Below the pieces are notes generated by a model, which was not told the origin of the DNA, ran no database searches, and was given only the letters and a program-made list of their open reading frames with translations. Made by a program: the position numbers and the translations under genes. From NCBI GenBank assembly GCA_947571655.1, contig CANOYR010000009.1, positions 298 through 64,297 on the forward strand: a DNA stretch of 64,000 bases, in the 5' to 3' direction. The DNA is from an uncultured Bacillales bacterium. GTDB lineage: Bacteria; Bacillota_I; Bacilli_A; RF39; UBA660. Positions 46,590 through 56,291 of the stretch are shown in pieces. Position 1 is the first letter of the stretch. Every line of letters begins with the position of its first letter.

Positions 46590-47235
46590 ATTTATACCCC
46601 ATTCCCCGAACGGTAATAATTAAATCTCTATAACTTCCTAAATTATTTCTTAACATTTTTATATGTGTATCTACTGTTCGATCATCTCCAAAAAAATCGT
46701 ATCCCCATATTTGAGAAAGCAATTGCTCCCTAGAAATTGCAATATTCTGATTTTTTATTAAATAAGTCAAAATTTCAAACTCTTTAAGTGTTACTTTCAC
46801 TTTCTTTTCTTTAATTGTTACAGTATATCCTTGAAAATCTACAACTAGATCTTGAAAAGAGAAAATATTTGAATGTGGATGCTTTCTTTTTGTAATAGCC
46901 TTGATTCTAGCAATCAACTCTTTTGGAGAAAATGGTTTTGTTAAATAATCATCAACCCCTAAATTGAAACCTAAAAGTTTATCACATTCTTCTCCACGAG
47001 CAGAAAGAATAAGCGTAGGAATATTTTGTTTTTTCTTTAATTCCTTATATGTGGAGAATCCATCTAGCTGTGGCATCATAATATCTAAAATTAAGAAATC
47101 AATATTTTCGGTTGCTAGAATGTCCAATACTTCCAATCCATTTCTTGCTTCTAGAACTTGGTATCCTTCGTTACAACAATACTCCTTAATTACTTCACGG
47201 ATTCTTTCCTCATCATCAGCAATTAAAACTTTCAT
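46564..47235 (-). CDS. OmpR/PhoB-family response regulator
   Basis: The receiver has VLIADDE and LDIMMPQLDG (phospho-Asp). The winged-helix output has LTLKEFEILTYL and TVDTHIKMLRNNL...ITVRGMGYKF. An AGGAGG RBS lies 7 nt before the ATG at 47235. Confidence 0.92.
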   Translation of the reverse strand: MKVLIADDEERIREVIKEYCCNEGYQVLEARNGLEVLDILATENIDFLILDIMMPQLDGFSTYKELKKKQNIPTLILSARGEECDKLLGFNLGVDDYLTKPFSPKELIARIKAITKRKHPHSNIFSFQDLVVDFQGYTVTIKEKKVKVTLKEFEILTYLIKNQNIAISREQLLSQIWGYDFFGDDRTVDTHIKMLRNNLGSYRDLIITVRGMGYKFELPKEEK

Positions 47236-47282
47236 AATCAAACCTCCTGCTTTTAATGAAATATTCGAGAAAAAAGAACTTT

Positions 47283-48926
47283 CTAATAACTTTCTTTGGA
47301 TAATCTTTCATATAATAAAACTTTTTGATTGTTTTTATCTAATTGACTTTTCATTTCTCCCTTGACATAATCCATATTTTCTTCTCTTTCTATCAACATT
47401 TTTTCCATAGCTGTAATAGATTTTTGAATTTGTTGATATTCAGGAAAAACAGTTTCGTATTCTTTAAATTCTTTTTCAAATTCCTTTTTTAAATCTTTAA
47501 CTTGTCGTTGCCCACGTTCTATTAAATTACAAATAGAATCAACATCTCCAATAGCATTTTCAATCATAGAGTGATAGTCTTCAAAATGATATTCTGTAAT
47601 GATACGTTCTTCTTTTCGTGGGTTTAAGAGTTGTCGAATTAAACTGGTAGTAACTAGTGCTTCTACTGCAGTAATTGCATTTGCCTTTGGTTTTGGATTC
47701 ATTCTAAGAAGAGAGAAGAGAAGAAGACCTCTAGTAAGAACTCCCATAGTATAGTGTAATTTAATTTCCGTTCTTTTAGTAACATTAACGGTTTCATTTA
47801 CCTTTGCCTCAATCTTTTTTAAATAATCATTAGAATCTTCCACGAGGCTTTCTAATTCTTGAGTAACTCTTTCTAAATTTAAATATTGGCTTTCAAACTG
47901 ATCAAAATTATCATCCCTCAATTTTAAATTTTCTTGTTTCTCTATTAAAAAAGAACTAAGAGATTCCTTTTTTTGTTCAAATTCTAAAATTTTTTGTACT
48001 AAAGAAGTAGCTTCTTCTCTTGGAAAAAAGTTTTTTTCTTGTTTTTTTCTTATATTATTTTTATATTTTTCTACTAGTCCAGAAAAATAAGAATCCTCTA
48101 GTTGATAGATATGGTCCAAAGAATATTCTTTCTTGATAATTTCTAATTGTCTTTTAATTCGCTCTAAATAAGAAAGCAGACGTTCAATTTCATCAATCGC
48201 TTCTTCCGTATCTTGCATTTCAGAAAAAGAATCTTTCTTTTCATCGATTTCTTCTAATTCTGAGTAGAGTTTTTTTAATTGATATCGACTATCCTTTAAG
48301 ATTCGTTCAAATTCATTTGTAATTTTTAACTCAAGAAATTCTTCTAATCCTTGCTGTTTTTCTGCTTGCTTTGTAGAAATATTTTTTTGATCTTTCTCAT
48401 CACTCTTAGCAAATTCAGGCTTTAAATTTAAAGACAAATCTTTTTCTTTAGGAAGTCTTTCCTCTTGAATGGTCGAAATCCTTTCCAATTTCTTTTCTCT
48501 TTTTTGAAGCTCTGAATTTTTTTCTTTCCTTTCTCGCTCCTCGAATTCATCAAACAGAGTAGGGAATGAATCCTTGTTTTCCTCTTCCCTTAATGGATGG
48601 GGTTCTTTTGTTTTTAATTGTGGTTGCCAAAGTTCTTCGTCATTAATATCCATTTGTATATTTTCTTTTTTTGATACTGATTTTTCTTGTAGAGAAATAT
48701 CCTTATTAATAGAAGCCTCTTCCAATCGTGTTTCAATCAAATCCTCTTTATCTTCAAATTCTACTGGAGTTCTTCTAAATCTTAAAATTTCTTCATCCTT
48801 TTTCTTAATTTGTTTTTCTTCTTGTCCTATTTCAGATAGATCCTGTTTTTTTTTATTTCGTAAAAAATTTTTTTGAGTTTGTTTTAAATCTTTTTTTCCG
48901 CCTTTCGCTCCAATTCCACCAAACAT
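47283..48926 (-). CDS. Hypothetical E/K-rich coiled-coil protein (547 aa) with a hydrophobic hairpin
   Basis: A 1.6-kb ORF in AT-rich DNA. It has extended E/K/Q heptad-like regions and a hydrophobic segment (GVLTRGLLLFSLLRM...AITAVEALVTTSLI). It lies upstream of, and is co-oriented with, the two-component genes. Confidence 0.5.
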   Translation of the reverse strand: MFGGIGAKGGKKDLKQTQKNFLRNKKKQDLSEIGQEEKQIKKKDEEILRFRRTPVEFEDKEDLIETRLEEASINKDISLQEKSVSKKENIQMDINDEELWQPQLKTKEPHPLREEENKDSFPTLFDEFEERERKEKNSELQKREKKLERISTIQEERLPKEKDLSLNLKPEFAKSDEKDQKNISTKQAEKQQGLEEFLELKITNEFERILKDSRYQLKKLYSELEEIDEKKDSFSEMQDTEEAIDEIERLLSYLERIKRQLEIIKKEYSLDHIYQLEDSYFSGLVEKYKNNIRKKQEKNFFPREEATSLVQKILEFEQKKESLSSFLIEKQENLKLRDDNFDQFESQYLNLERVTQELESLVEDSNDYLKKIEAKVNETVNVTKRTEIKLHYTMGVLTRGLLLFSLLRMNPKPKANAITAVEALVTTSLIRQLLNPRKEERIITEYHFEDYHSMIENAIGDVDSICNLIERGQRQVKDLKKEFEKEFKEYETVFPEYQQIQKSITAMEKMLIEREENMDYVKGEMKSQLDKNNQKVLLYERLSKESY

Positions 48927-49071
48927 ATCTTTCCCTCTTTTTCTAAAATATTATACTAGATTTCTCTAAAGAAGTAAACAAAAGAGAACTTTATCTCTCA
49001 TTATTTCAAAAAAGAATTGTATATTTTCCTATTTCATGATATAATAGGAAAAATTTAAGGGGGATATAATT

Positions 49072-49866
49072 ATGGAACTTCAATTATCAAGTAAAATCAA
49101 GATTAATTCTATTTTTCCAAGAGAACTTGGAAAGTCTTCAAATCTACAACAGTTACCAAATTCTTTATTAGAAATCTATAATATATTAAATAATCTTTAT
49201 GAACATCAATTGTTAGGAGTAGAAGACTTTAAAAGTTTTCGGAACCAATTATCAAAAAGAACAACCCAGGAGGTAGAAAATTACATTGATTTAATTAGAA
49301 CCTTTCTATCATTCGGCCAATATTTACAAAAACAAGTCGTAATGGATATTGATAAAAAATATGGTTTCTTTCTCTTAGAGGAAAAGAAAAAAATAGGAGA
49401 CTCTTATCAGTGTGTAGATAAAGAGTTTGAAATAGGAGATATTGTTCGACTATCTAATGCAATTTATAGTAAAATTAATCAAATTACCAGAAAAATTATA
49501 TCTTCTTATTTAGAGGAGTATATTGAGAAACATTCAATTTCTACATTAAATGATTTAATTGTTTTTTACGAAGAATTATCAAAACCAGATAACGAATTTA
49601 AATTGGATTTATTAGAGAAAGTTGCACAATCTTTTGATGAAAATTTTGCTTATTTTATAAAAACTCCAGAATTTCGCGATTATTTTCTTGAAAAAAGAAA
49701 AAACTTATTTAATATTGTAAATGATGAGATTAAAACTAAAAAAGTAGACTTACAAAAAAAGAGGGAAAAACAAATCCAAGAATACTACTCGATAAAAAAT
49801 GATACTTTAAAACAATTGATGAAGGAGAAAGAAAAGTCAAAAAGACCGTATGGATTTTGGAATTAA
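49072..49866 (+). CDS. Hypothetical protein (264 aa)
   Basis: A GGGGGA RBS lies upstream. I recognise no motif. Its stop overlaps the stop of the convergent flippase gene (TTAA at 49863-49866). Confidence 0.5.
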   Translation: MELQLSSKIKINSIFPRELGKSSNLQQLPNSLLEIYNILNNLYEHQLLGVEDFKSFRNQLSKRTTQEVENYIDLIRTFLSFGQYLQKQVVMDIDKKYGFFLLEEKKKIGDSYQCVDKEFEIGDIVRLSNAIYSKINQITRKIISSYLEEYIEKHSISTLNDLIVFYEELSKPDNEFKLDLLEKVAQSFDENFAYFIKTPEFRDYFLEKRKNLFNIVNDEIKTKKVDLQKKREKQIQEYYSIKNDTLKQLMKEKEKSKRPYGFWN

Positions 49867-51170
49867 GCCTCACTTAAATATTTTTTAAGATAAATACCAC
49901 TCTTATAAATGGTATAAAAAATATTTACAATTAGGGAAAGTAAAAATCCCCACATTCCGATATTAAAACATAAGAAGAGGACTAAACTGATACTTCGAAT
50001 CAAGACACTTTGCCATGAAATAGTAAAAGTTTCTTTGGCTTTTCCCATGGCTTGTAAGCTAGCAGAAAGTGGCGTTTCAATGTATTGAAATAAAAAAAAG
50101 GGTGCAAGGAATTTCATATAAGAAGTTCCTTTTGTTGTGTGATAAACTAGATTTAAAGACCATCCTGGAAATAGAAAAAAAAAGAAAGTAACGGGGAGCC
50201 CAACCAAAAAAGAAAAAATTAGCCCCTGTTTTAATTTCTTCTTAGTATAGGGAATATCCCCATGACTATAGCTTTTTGAAATTACAGGAATTAGAGCTTG
50301 AGATACTGCATTAGTAAAAAAACTAGGAATTAGAAGAAGAGGAATTACAAACCCACTAATGATTCCATACTCTTCTAAAATATAACTGTTAGAGTATCCT
50401 AAAAAAGAAAGAATTCCTGTAATAATAATAGGCTCTAGAAAGTATCCAACATTTCCAACCAATCGACTTCCAGTTGTTGGAATTGCCAAAGAAAGGATTT
50501 GATTCAGTTCCCTATGACGAGGAATGAAATCTTTTTTTCTTATTTCAACATTCCTTGGCAAAAAGAGTAAGAGAATTAAAATACTCGTAAATTCACTCAT
50601 TAAATTAACGAGAATCAAAAAGGTAACAGCATAAATTAAGTTAACTTTTAATAAAGTAGGAATAAATAAAATAATACAAACTAAACGAACAATTTGTTCA
50701 ATGACATGACTAATGACATGGGGAATCATTCGTTCTTTCCCAAAAAAATAACCACGAAGTAAATTGGATAACGCCTCAAAAGGAAGGACAAGTGCAATTG
50801 ATAAGATCGGTAGATAACAACGAGGCTCCTTTAAAAAAGAAGTAGAAATTGCCTTAGATGTAAAAATTAAAATCATCATTAAAACAAAATTGGTAATGAT
50901 TACGATTGGAAAAGAGGAAAAAAACAATTTTTTATTATTGTTCCTATCTTCACTTACTAGTTTTGAAATCGTCGTAGGAAGACTTAATTGTGCCATACTC
51001 ATGAAGAGTGAAAATGTAGGGAATATTAAGGAATAAAGAGCAATTCCTTCAAGGCCAACAAGTCTTGTTTGTACAATTTTTATCACCATTCCTAAAAGCT
51101 TTGTAATCGCTCCACCAATGGTTAAAATAATTGCCGATTTGATAAATTTTTCTTTGTTCATTGTCATCAT
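49863..51170 (-). CDS. MOP-superfamily flippase (SpoVB/YtgP-like polysaccharide/lipid II flippase)
   Basis: It has 12 or more TM helices. The N-terminus FIKSAIILTIGGAITKLLGMVIKIVQTRLVGLEGIALYSLIFP matches the SpoVB/MurJ-type N-terminal pattern. Its position upstream of a comN-like gene mirrors B. subtilis spoVB. Confidence 0.7.
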   Translation of the reverse strand: MMTMNKEKFIKSAIILTIGGAITKLLGMVIKIVQTRLVGLEGIALYSLIFPTFSLFMSMAQLSLPTTISKLVSEDRNNNKKLFFSSFPIVIITNFVLMMILIFTSKAISTSFLKEPRCYLPILSIALVLPFEALSNLLRGYFFGKERMIPHVISHVIEQIVRLVCIILFIPTLLKVNLIYAVTFLILVNLMSEFTSILILLLFLPRNVEIRKKDFIPRHRELNQILSLAIPTTGSRLVGNVGYFLEPIIITGILSFLGYSNSYILEEYGIISGFVIPLLLIPSFFTNAVSQALIPVISKSYSHGDIPYTKKKLKQGLIFSFLVGLPVTFFFFLFPGWSLNLVYHTTKGTSYMKFLAPFFLFQYIETPLSASLQAMGKAKETFTISWQSVLIRSISLVLFLCFNIGMWGFLLSLIVNIFYTIYKSGIYLKKYLSEA

Positions 51171-51268
51171 CCCTTGTTTAAGTCTATGTAAAATTAAAGA
51201 AACTTTTTCTTAAAAACTTTCATAAATTTTATTTTTCTTATATAATAAAAACAGGTAGGCGAAGAAAG

Positions 51269-51484
51269 ATGGAAACAGAAAAATTTTATAAATTTAGAAA
51301 ACAACTAGTTCCAGTCCTTCGAACAAAGGTTCATGAACTAAAAAAAATAGGAATATCCAATGTTTCAAAACAAGATATTTGGAATTATTTGGTATATGCC
51401 AAATGGAAAAATGAGAAAGAGATTGGTCTGTCAGAAATGGCAAATGACATTTTATCATTAAATGTAGAACAGAATGAAACATAG
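51269..51484 (+). CDS. ComN-like post-transcriptional regulator family protein
   Basis: It is 71 aa. VSKQDIWNYLVYAKWKNEKEIGLSEMANDILSL fits the ComN/YrzD pattern (...W.yL....W......l.e...DILSL). It is divergent from the spoVB-like gene, as in B. subtilis. Confidence 0.6.
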   Translation: METEKFYKFRKQLVPVLRTKVHELKKIGISNVSKQDIWNYLVYAKWKNEKEIGLSEMANDILSLNVEQNET

Positions 51485-51495
51485 GAGATGAGACC

Positions 51496-53643
51496 ATGAA
51501 ATCAAAAGAAAATTACACAATTGATGATTTAATAAAAATCGTAGAAAAATATCAATCAGATTCAAAATATTTAGAAAAAATTAAGAAAACCTATATTTTT
51601 GCTTCTAATTGTCATAAGGGACAATTTCGAAAAAGTGGAGAAGAGTACATTTCTCATCCTCTTCATGTAGCGATAATTTTAACAGAAATTTATGCGGATA
51701 CCGAAACAATTATGGCTGCTCTCTTGCATGATGTAATTGAAGATTGTGATGTCGAAAAAGAAGAGATTGAAGAAAAATTTGGAAAAGAGGTAGCAAATTT
51801 AGTTTATGGTGTTTCCAAACTGGGAAGAATTAACTTCTCAACAGAAAATGAATATCTAATTGATTACTACAAAAAAATTATTGTTGGTATGAGTGAAGAT
51901 GTTCGAGTAATCATCATAAAACTTGCTGACAGACTCCATAACATGCGTACTCTATGGGCACTTCCAGAAGAAAAACAAAAAAAGATTGCGAAAGAAACAC
52001 TTGAAATTCTTGCTCCACTTGCCCACCACTTAGGAATTCATAAAATCAAATCAGAACTGGAAGATTTATCACTTCGCTATTTAAAATCTGATATTTTTTA
52101 CGATATTGCAGAGAAACTAAACAAGACAAAAGTAGAGCGAGATAATACCGTAAATGAAATGTTAAAATATGTGACAAATATGCTAACAGAACATGGAATT
52201 GCTCATGAAATAAAAGGAAGAGCGAAGAGTATTTACAGTATTTATAATAAATTAAATAAAGGAAGAAAATTCTCTGATATTTATGATTTACTTGCTCTTC
52301 GAATCCTAGTTCATACTGAACAAGAATGTTACTTAGCACTTGGAATTATTCATTCTAAGTTTAAGCCAATTCCAAAACGATTTAAAGATTACATAGCGAT
52401 GCCAAAACCCAATATGTACCAATCTCTACATACAACAGTATTTGGGATTGATGGATATCTGTTTGAAATTCAGATTCGTACTTATGAAATGGATGAAATT
52501 GCAGAAAATGGAATTGCTTCCCATTGGGCCTATAAAGAGCATAAGGATGCTTCTATACTTATGCAAAACACAACAGAGCAAAAGTTACAATTTTTTAAAT
52601 CGATTATTGAATTAAACGAAGATAAAATGAGTAGCGAAGATTTTGTAAATAGTGTGAAAGATGAAGTACTAAATAATAATATTTATTGTTTTACGCCCAA
52701 AGGAGATATCATAGAACTTCCCCAAGATGCAACACCGATTGATTTTGCTTATAAGGTTCATACAAGAGTGGGAGAAACTATGGTTGGAGCGATTGTTAAT
52801 AATAGTATTGTACCACTAGACTATAAGCTAAAAAATAATGATATTGTAAAAATTAATACTTCAAAAAGTTCAAAAGGACCTTCTAGAGAATGGGTAAACA
52901 TTGTAAAATCTACCCAAACTAGAAACAAAATACGTGCCTTTTTTACAAAAAGTGAAAAAGAAGTATACATTGAAAGAGGAAAAGATAGCTTAGAAAAGGA
53001 ATTACGCAAACGAAAAATTGCTTATGATGACTTTTATACACAAAAAAATCAAGAATTTTTATTAAAAAATTTGAAAATTTCTAGTTTAGAGGAATTGTAT
53101 CTAGAAATAGGAAATGGAAAATACTCCTCTTCCATGGTTGTAAATTTATTATTTAAAAAAGAAGAGGCACCTTCTGAACCAATAAAAAAGGTCCCTACCA
53201 AAAGTAAAGATGCTGATATTTTAGTATCAGGAATTGATAAGGTAAAAGTTCATTTAGCAAATTGTTGTAATCCAATTCCAGGAGATTCTATTATTGGTTA
53301 TATTACGAAAGGAAACGGAATCAATGTCCATCGTACTACCTGTCATAACTTAGAAGTATTAGAAAATCGAAATGTAGATGTTCATTGGAGTGATACTACA
53401 ACTGATAAATATATGACTACAATTCTGATTCATTGTAATACACGAGAAAACAAATTAATTGAAATGTTTCAGAAAATCAATATGTTAGATTCAGGAATTG
53501 ATAAATTTATTACGATGAATAGGGGAGATGATACTGTTTATGAATTAGACCTTTATATTCGCAATTTAGAGCATTTAGAAAAGGTATTTACAGAATTAAA
53601 CAAACTTTCCTATGTTACGAAAGTAGAAAGGTTAATTAAATGA
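51496..53643 (+). CDS. relA: Bifunctional (p)ppGpp synthetase/hydrolase RelA/SpoT (Rel)
   Basis: It has the HD domain (HPLHVA...LLHDVIED), the synthetase region (YSIYNKL...DLLALRI, YQSLHTTV, EIQIRT), TGS (VFTPKGDIIELP), a zinc-finger-like CC..C segment and a C-terminal ACT/RRM. Confidence 0.95.
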   Translation: MKSKENYTIDDLIKIVEKYQSDSKYLEKIKKTYIFASNCHKGQFRKSGEEYISHPLHVAIILTEIYADTETIMAALLHDVIEDCDVEKEEIEEKFGKEVANLVYGVSKLGRINFSTENEYLIDYYKKIIVGMSEDVRVIIIKLADRLHNMRTLWALPEEKQKKIAKETLEILAPLAHHLGIHKIKSELEDLSLRYLKSDIFYDIAEKLNKTKVERDNTVNEMLKYVTNMLTEHGIAHEIKGRAKSIYSIYNKLNKGRKFSDIYDLLALRILVHTEQECYLALGIIHSKFKPIPKRFKDYIAMPKPNMYQSLHTTVFGIDGYLFEIQIRTYEMDEIAENGIASHWAYKEHKDASILMQNTTEQKLQFFKSIIELNEDKMSSEDFVNSVKDEVLNNNIYCFTPKGDIIELPQDATPIDFAYKVHTRVGETMVGAIVNNSIVPLDYKLKNNDIVKINTSKSSKGPSREWVNIVKSTQTRNKIRAFFTKSEKEVYIERGKDSLEKELRKRKIAYDDFYTQKNQEFLLKNLKISSLEELYLEIGNGKYSSSMVVNLLFKKEEAPSEPIKKVPTKSKDADILVSGIDKVKVHLANCCNPIPGDSIIGYITKGNGINVHRTTCHNLEVLENRNVDVHWSDTTTDKYMTTILIHCNTRENKLIEMFQKINMLDSGIDKFITMNRGDDTVYELDLYIRNLEHLEKVFTELNKLSYVTKVERLIK

Positions 53644-54074
53644 GAGTAGTTGTACAAAGAAGTCTGGAGGCATCTTGCAAAGTTGACCAAAAGACAATTG
53701 GTAAAATTAATCAAGGGCTTGTTCTTTTGACAGCTTTTACAGAAGATGATACAATGGATACAATCGAGTGGATGGTACATAAAGTTTTAAATCTTCGAAT
53801 TTTTGAAGACGAATCGAAAGTAATGAATCGTAGTATAATAGAAGTAGGTGGAAAAATTTTATCAATTTCTCAATTTACGTTATATGGAGATACAAAAAAG
53901 GGAAATCGTCCAAGTTACATTCGAGCTTTAAATGGAAAACAAGCCGAACAACTTTATAATATATGGAATCAAAAATTATCAGAATCAGTTCCTGTAGAAA
54001 CTGGAAAGTTTGGAGCAGATATGAAAATTAGTCTTATCAATGATGGACCTGTTACCATCTTATTAGAGAGGTGA
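53640..54074 (+). CDS. dtd: D-aminoacyl-tRNA deacylase
   Basis: MRVVVQRS, ILSISQFTLYGDTKKGNRPS and the C-terminal NDGPVT are Dtd motifs. Its start overlaps the relA stop by ATGA. Confidence 0.93.
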   Translation: MRVVVQRSLEASCKVDQKTIGKINQGLVLLTAFTEDDTMDTIEWMVHKVLNLRIFEDESKVMNRSIIEVGGKILSISQFTLYGDTKKGNRPSYIRALNGKQAEQLYNIWNQKLSESVPVETGKFGADMKISLINDGPVTILLER

Positions 54075-54078
54075 GTTT

Positions 54079-55140
54079 ATGAAAAAAGAGCATATCAATT
54101 ATAAACTAGTCAATACTTTATTACTATTATTAATTTTTTACTTAATTTTAATTACATCTGGATATTGGGGCAGCTTTATTCGTAAGATTTTTGACATTAT
54201 GTTACCATTTATTATCGCATTTGCTTTTGCATATATTTTAAGACCATTCGTAAAAAAATTGGAAAGTAAAGGAGTGAGAAGACCGATTGCACTTTTATCG
54301 GTTGTTGCCATCGTATTAATAATTATAATTGGACTTGTCTGGATTACTGTACCAGTCGTTTATGATCAATTAATATCCTTTACTAAAACAGTAAACGATG
54401 TAATTAATAATTTTAATGGAAAGTTTGATTTAGAACTGGGTGGATTAGAGTCTACCATTATGGAGTCCTTAAATTCATTAGTAAAAGATTTTGGGACTTA
54501 TATTTCAACAGGTACAATTGATATTTTAGGAAAAAGTGTGAATTTTTTAACAAATTTAATGATTATTTTTATCGTAGGAATATATCTATTAATTGATATG
54601 GAAAAAATTCGCTCATTTATTAAAAAATTTTTAAGAAAAAGAACAAAAAAAGGATATCGTTATTTAAAACAATTGGATATTGAAATTGGAAACTATCTTC
54701 ATGGGCTTGCTTTGTTTATGATAATTCAGTTTTTTGAGTATTCAATTTTATTTCGAATTGTAGGACATCCCAATTGGCTATTATTAGGACTTCTTGCTTG
54801 CTTTACAACAGTCATTCCTTATTTTGGAGGTTTAATTACCAATATTATCGCAGTTATTACAGCAACGGCAATTTCGTGGAAACTAAGTTTAGCAACTTTA
54901 ATTATCACTCTGATTTTCCCAAATCTGGATGGTTATTTAATTTCCCCACATATCTATGGAAAAACTAACAATATAAATCCAGTACTAGTAATTATTACGA
55001 TGGGATTTTTTAGTAAATTCTTCGGTATTTTAGGAATCGTTATGGGACTTCCTGTCTATATTGTGATTAAGTGTACTTGGAACTTCTTCGATGATGATAT
55101 TATAGAAAAAATTCAGGATGTAAAATCTGGAAAAGAATAA
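54079..55140 (+). CDS. AI-2E family transporter (PerM/UPF0118)
   Basis: It has 7-8 TM helices. MLPFIIAFAFAYILRPFV and IPYFGGLI...P...G are family-typical segments. Confidence 0.8.
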   Translation: MKKEHINYKLVNTLLLLLIFYLILITSGYWGSFIRKIFDIMLPFIIAFAFAYILRPFVKKLESKGVRRPIALLSVVAIVLIIIIGLVWITVPVVYDQLISFTKTVNDVINNFNGKFDLELGGLESTIMESLNSLVKDFGTYISTGTIDILGKSVNFLTNLMIIFIVGIYLLIDMEKIRSFIKKFLRKRTKKGYRYLKQLDIEIGNYLHGLALFMIIQFFEYSILFRIVGHPNWLLLGLLACFTTVIPYFGGLITNIIAVITATAISWKLSLATLIITLIFPNLDGYLISPHIYGKTNNINPVLVIITMGFFSKFFGILGIVMGLPVYIVIKCTWNFFDDDIIEKIQDVKSGKE

Positions 55141-55157
55141 AAAGAATCTTATTTAAT

Positions 55158-55194
55158 AAAACCCCATTTCTTAGATATAGAAATGAGGTTTTTA
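55158..55194. terminator. Bidirectional intrinsic terminator
   Basis: AACCCCATTTCT (55160-55171) pairs with AGAAATGAGGTT (55179-55190) at 11 of 12 positions, with an A-run before and a T-run after, between convergent genes. Confidence 0.7.
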
Positions 55195-55217
55195 TATATC
55201 AAAATATCTCATGAAAA

Positions 55218-55976
55218 TCAATTCAAAGGTTTTACCATTTGGTTAGAAGAATTAAAATAATTTCCTTCATTCATTCGATTTACCAAAGATACCAATTCTT
55301 TTCTTGTATAGATTTCTTGATAATCCTCTTGGTTAATATTTTCAAACAATGGGGTAGCAAAGCTATACAAAGCACGAATAGAAGTATCCTCATCTTCTAA
55401 GCTGTCCAAAGTTACTGTCTTTTTAGGCGTAATGATATTAACAATAATTCTAGAATCTTCATCTTTCATAAAATGTCGTTCAATAGTGATACGATCACTA
55501 AATTTTTCAATCGTATTGTAAACATTTCGAAAACAAGAAGATTCTTCTCCATTTCTTTGATAATCACATGTTTCGGTAATAAAACCAACATCTTTTTGAA
55601 ATGCAATTTGATAAAGTGGTGTACAAGTAACATTTTCATCAACTCCATAAAGAATTGTATAATCTAATAAATATAAATCATCAATATCAAACGATTCCTG
55701 TTCTATTTCTGAAATCTCTTCTAAAAGATCTTTCTTTTCTGCCTTAAGTTCAGAAATATCTTCCTTAAGATTTGCTTTCTCATCCTTTAATTTTGCAATT
55801 TCACTCAATAATCCAATCGATTCTCCTAAATCCTTAATCTCTTCGATATCGTTAGAATCTAAAGACTCTACAGCAATTTCTAACTCATCGCCATTCTTTA
55901 CTTTATGAGTACATCCTGTTGTAGTTAGGATAATAGACATACCCAATAACATTGCAGAATATTTTAGTTTTTTCAT
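55218..55976 (-). CDS. Lipoprotein of unknown function (252 aa)
   Basis: It has a signal peptide with the lipobox LTTTG|C (MKKLKYSAMLLGMSIILTTTGC) and a short coiled-coil (KDEKANLKEDISELKAEKKDLLEEISE). Confidence 0.7.
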   Translation of the reverse strand: MKKLKYSAMLLGMSIILTTTGCTHKVKNGDELEIAVESLDSNDIEEIKDLGESIGLLSEIAKLKDEKANLKEDISELKAEKKDLLEEISEIEQESFDIDDLYLLDYTILYGVDENVTCTPLYQIAFQKDVGFITETCDYQRNGEESSCFRNVYNTIEKFSDRITIERHFMKDEDSRIIVNIITPKKTVTLDSLEDEDTSIRALYSFATPLFENINQEDYQEIYTRKELVSLVNRMNEGNYFNSSNQMVKPLN

Positions 55977-56231
55977 TCAAAATCCCCTTCCTTTGTTGAC
56001 GTATGATATCATATTTTTAGAAAAAAATCAAGCAAATCTTTGATAATCTTAAGATTAGGGCTTGTCAAAATGCTGTGTGTGGGGGGGGAGAATGGAACTT
56101 ATACCCAAAGAGGTAAGATATATTAAGAATGCCTTATAATATAAGGGTTTGAGAGGGTTTAAAAGTTTGGGTTTAATTGATTAAAAAGTCAAAAATTTAA
56201 ATAAAAACAAAGAATTTACTTGTATATTTTG

Positions 56232-56258
56232 AAAGATCTTCAATATGAAGGTCTTTTT
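56232..56258 (+). terminator. Intrinsic terminator-like hairpin just upstream of the methyltransferase remnant
   Basis: AAAGATCTTC (56232-56241) pairs with GAAGGTCTTT (56247-56256) in 10 bp including one G-U pair, across a 5-nt loop, followed by a T-run. No + strand gene ends upstream of it. Confidence 0.45.
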
Positions 56259-56291
56259 GTTTGTCAGAAAAAGAAAAAGGGGGAATGTTAA

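Noticed and set aside
46964-47365. + strand ORFs antisense to the response regulator and to the E/K-rich gene (46964-47365 and 48574-48876)
   Set aside because: These are mirror-frame artefacts. The S/F/L-rich translation is what antisense reading of E/K-rich or ordinary coding sequence produces.
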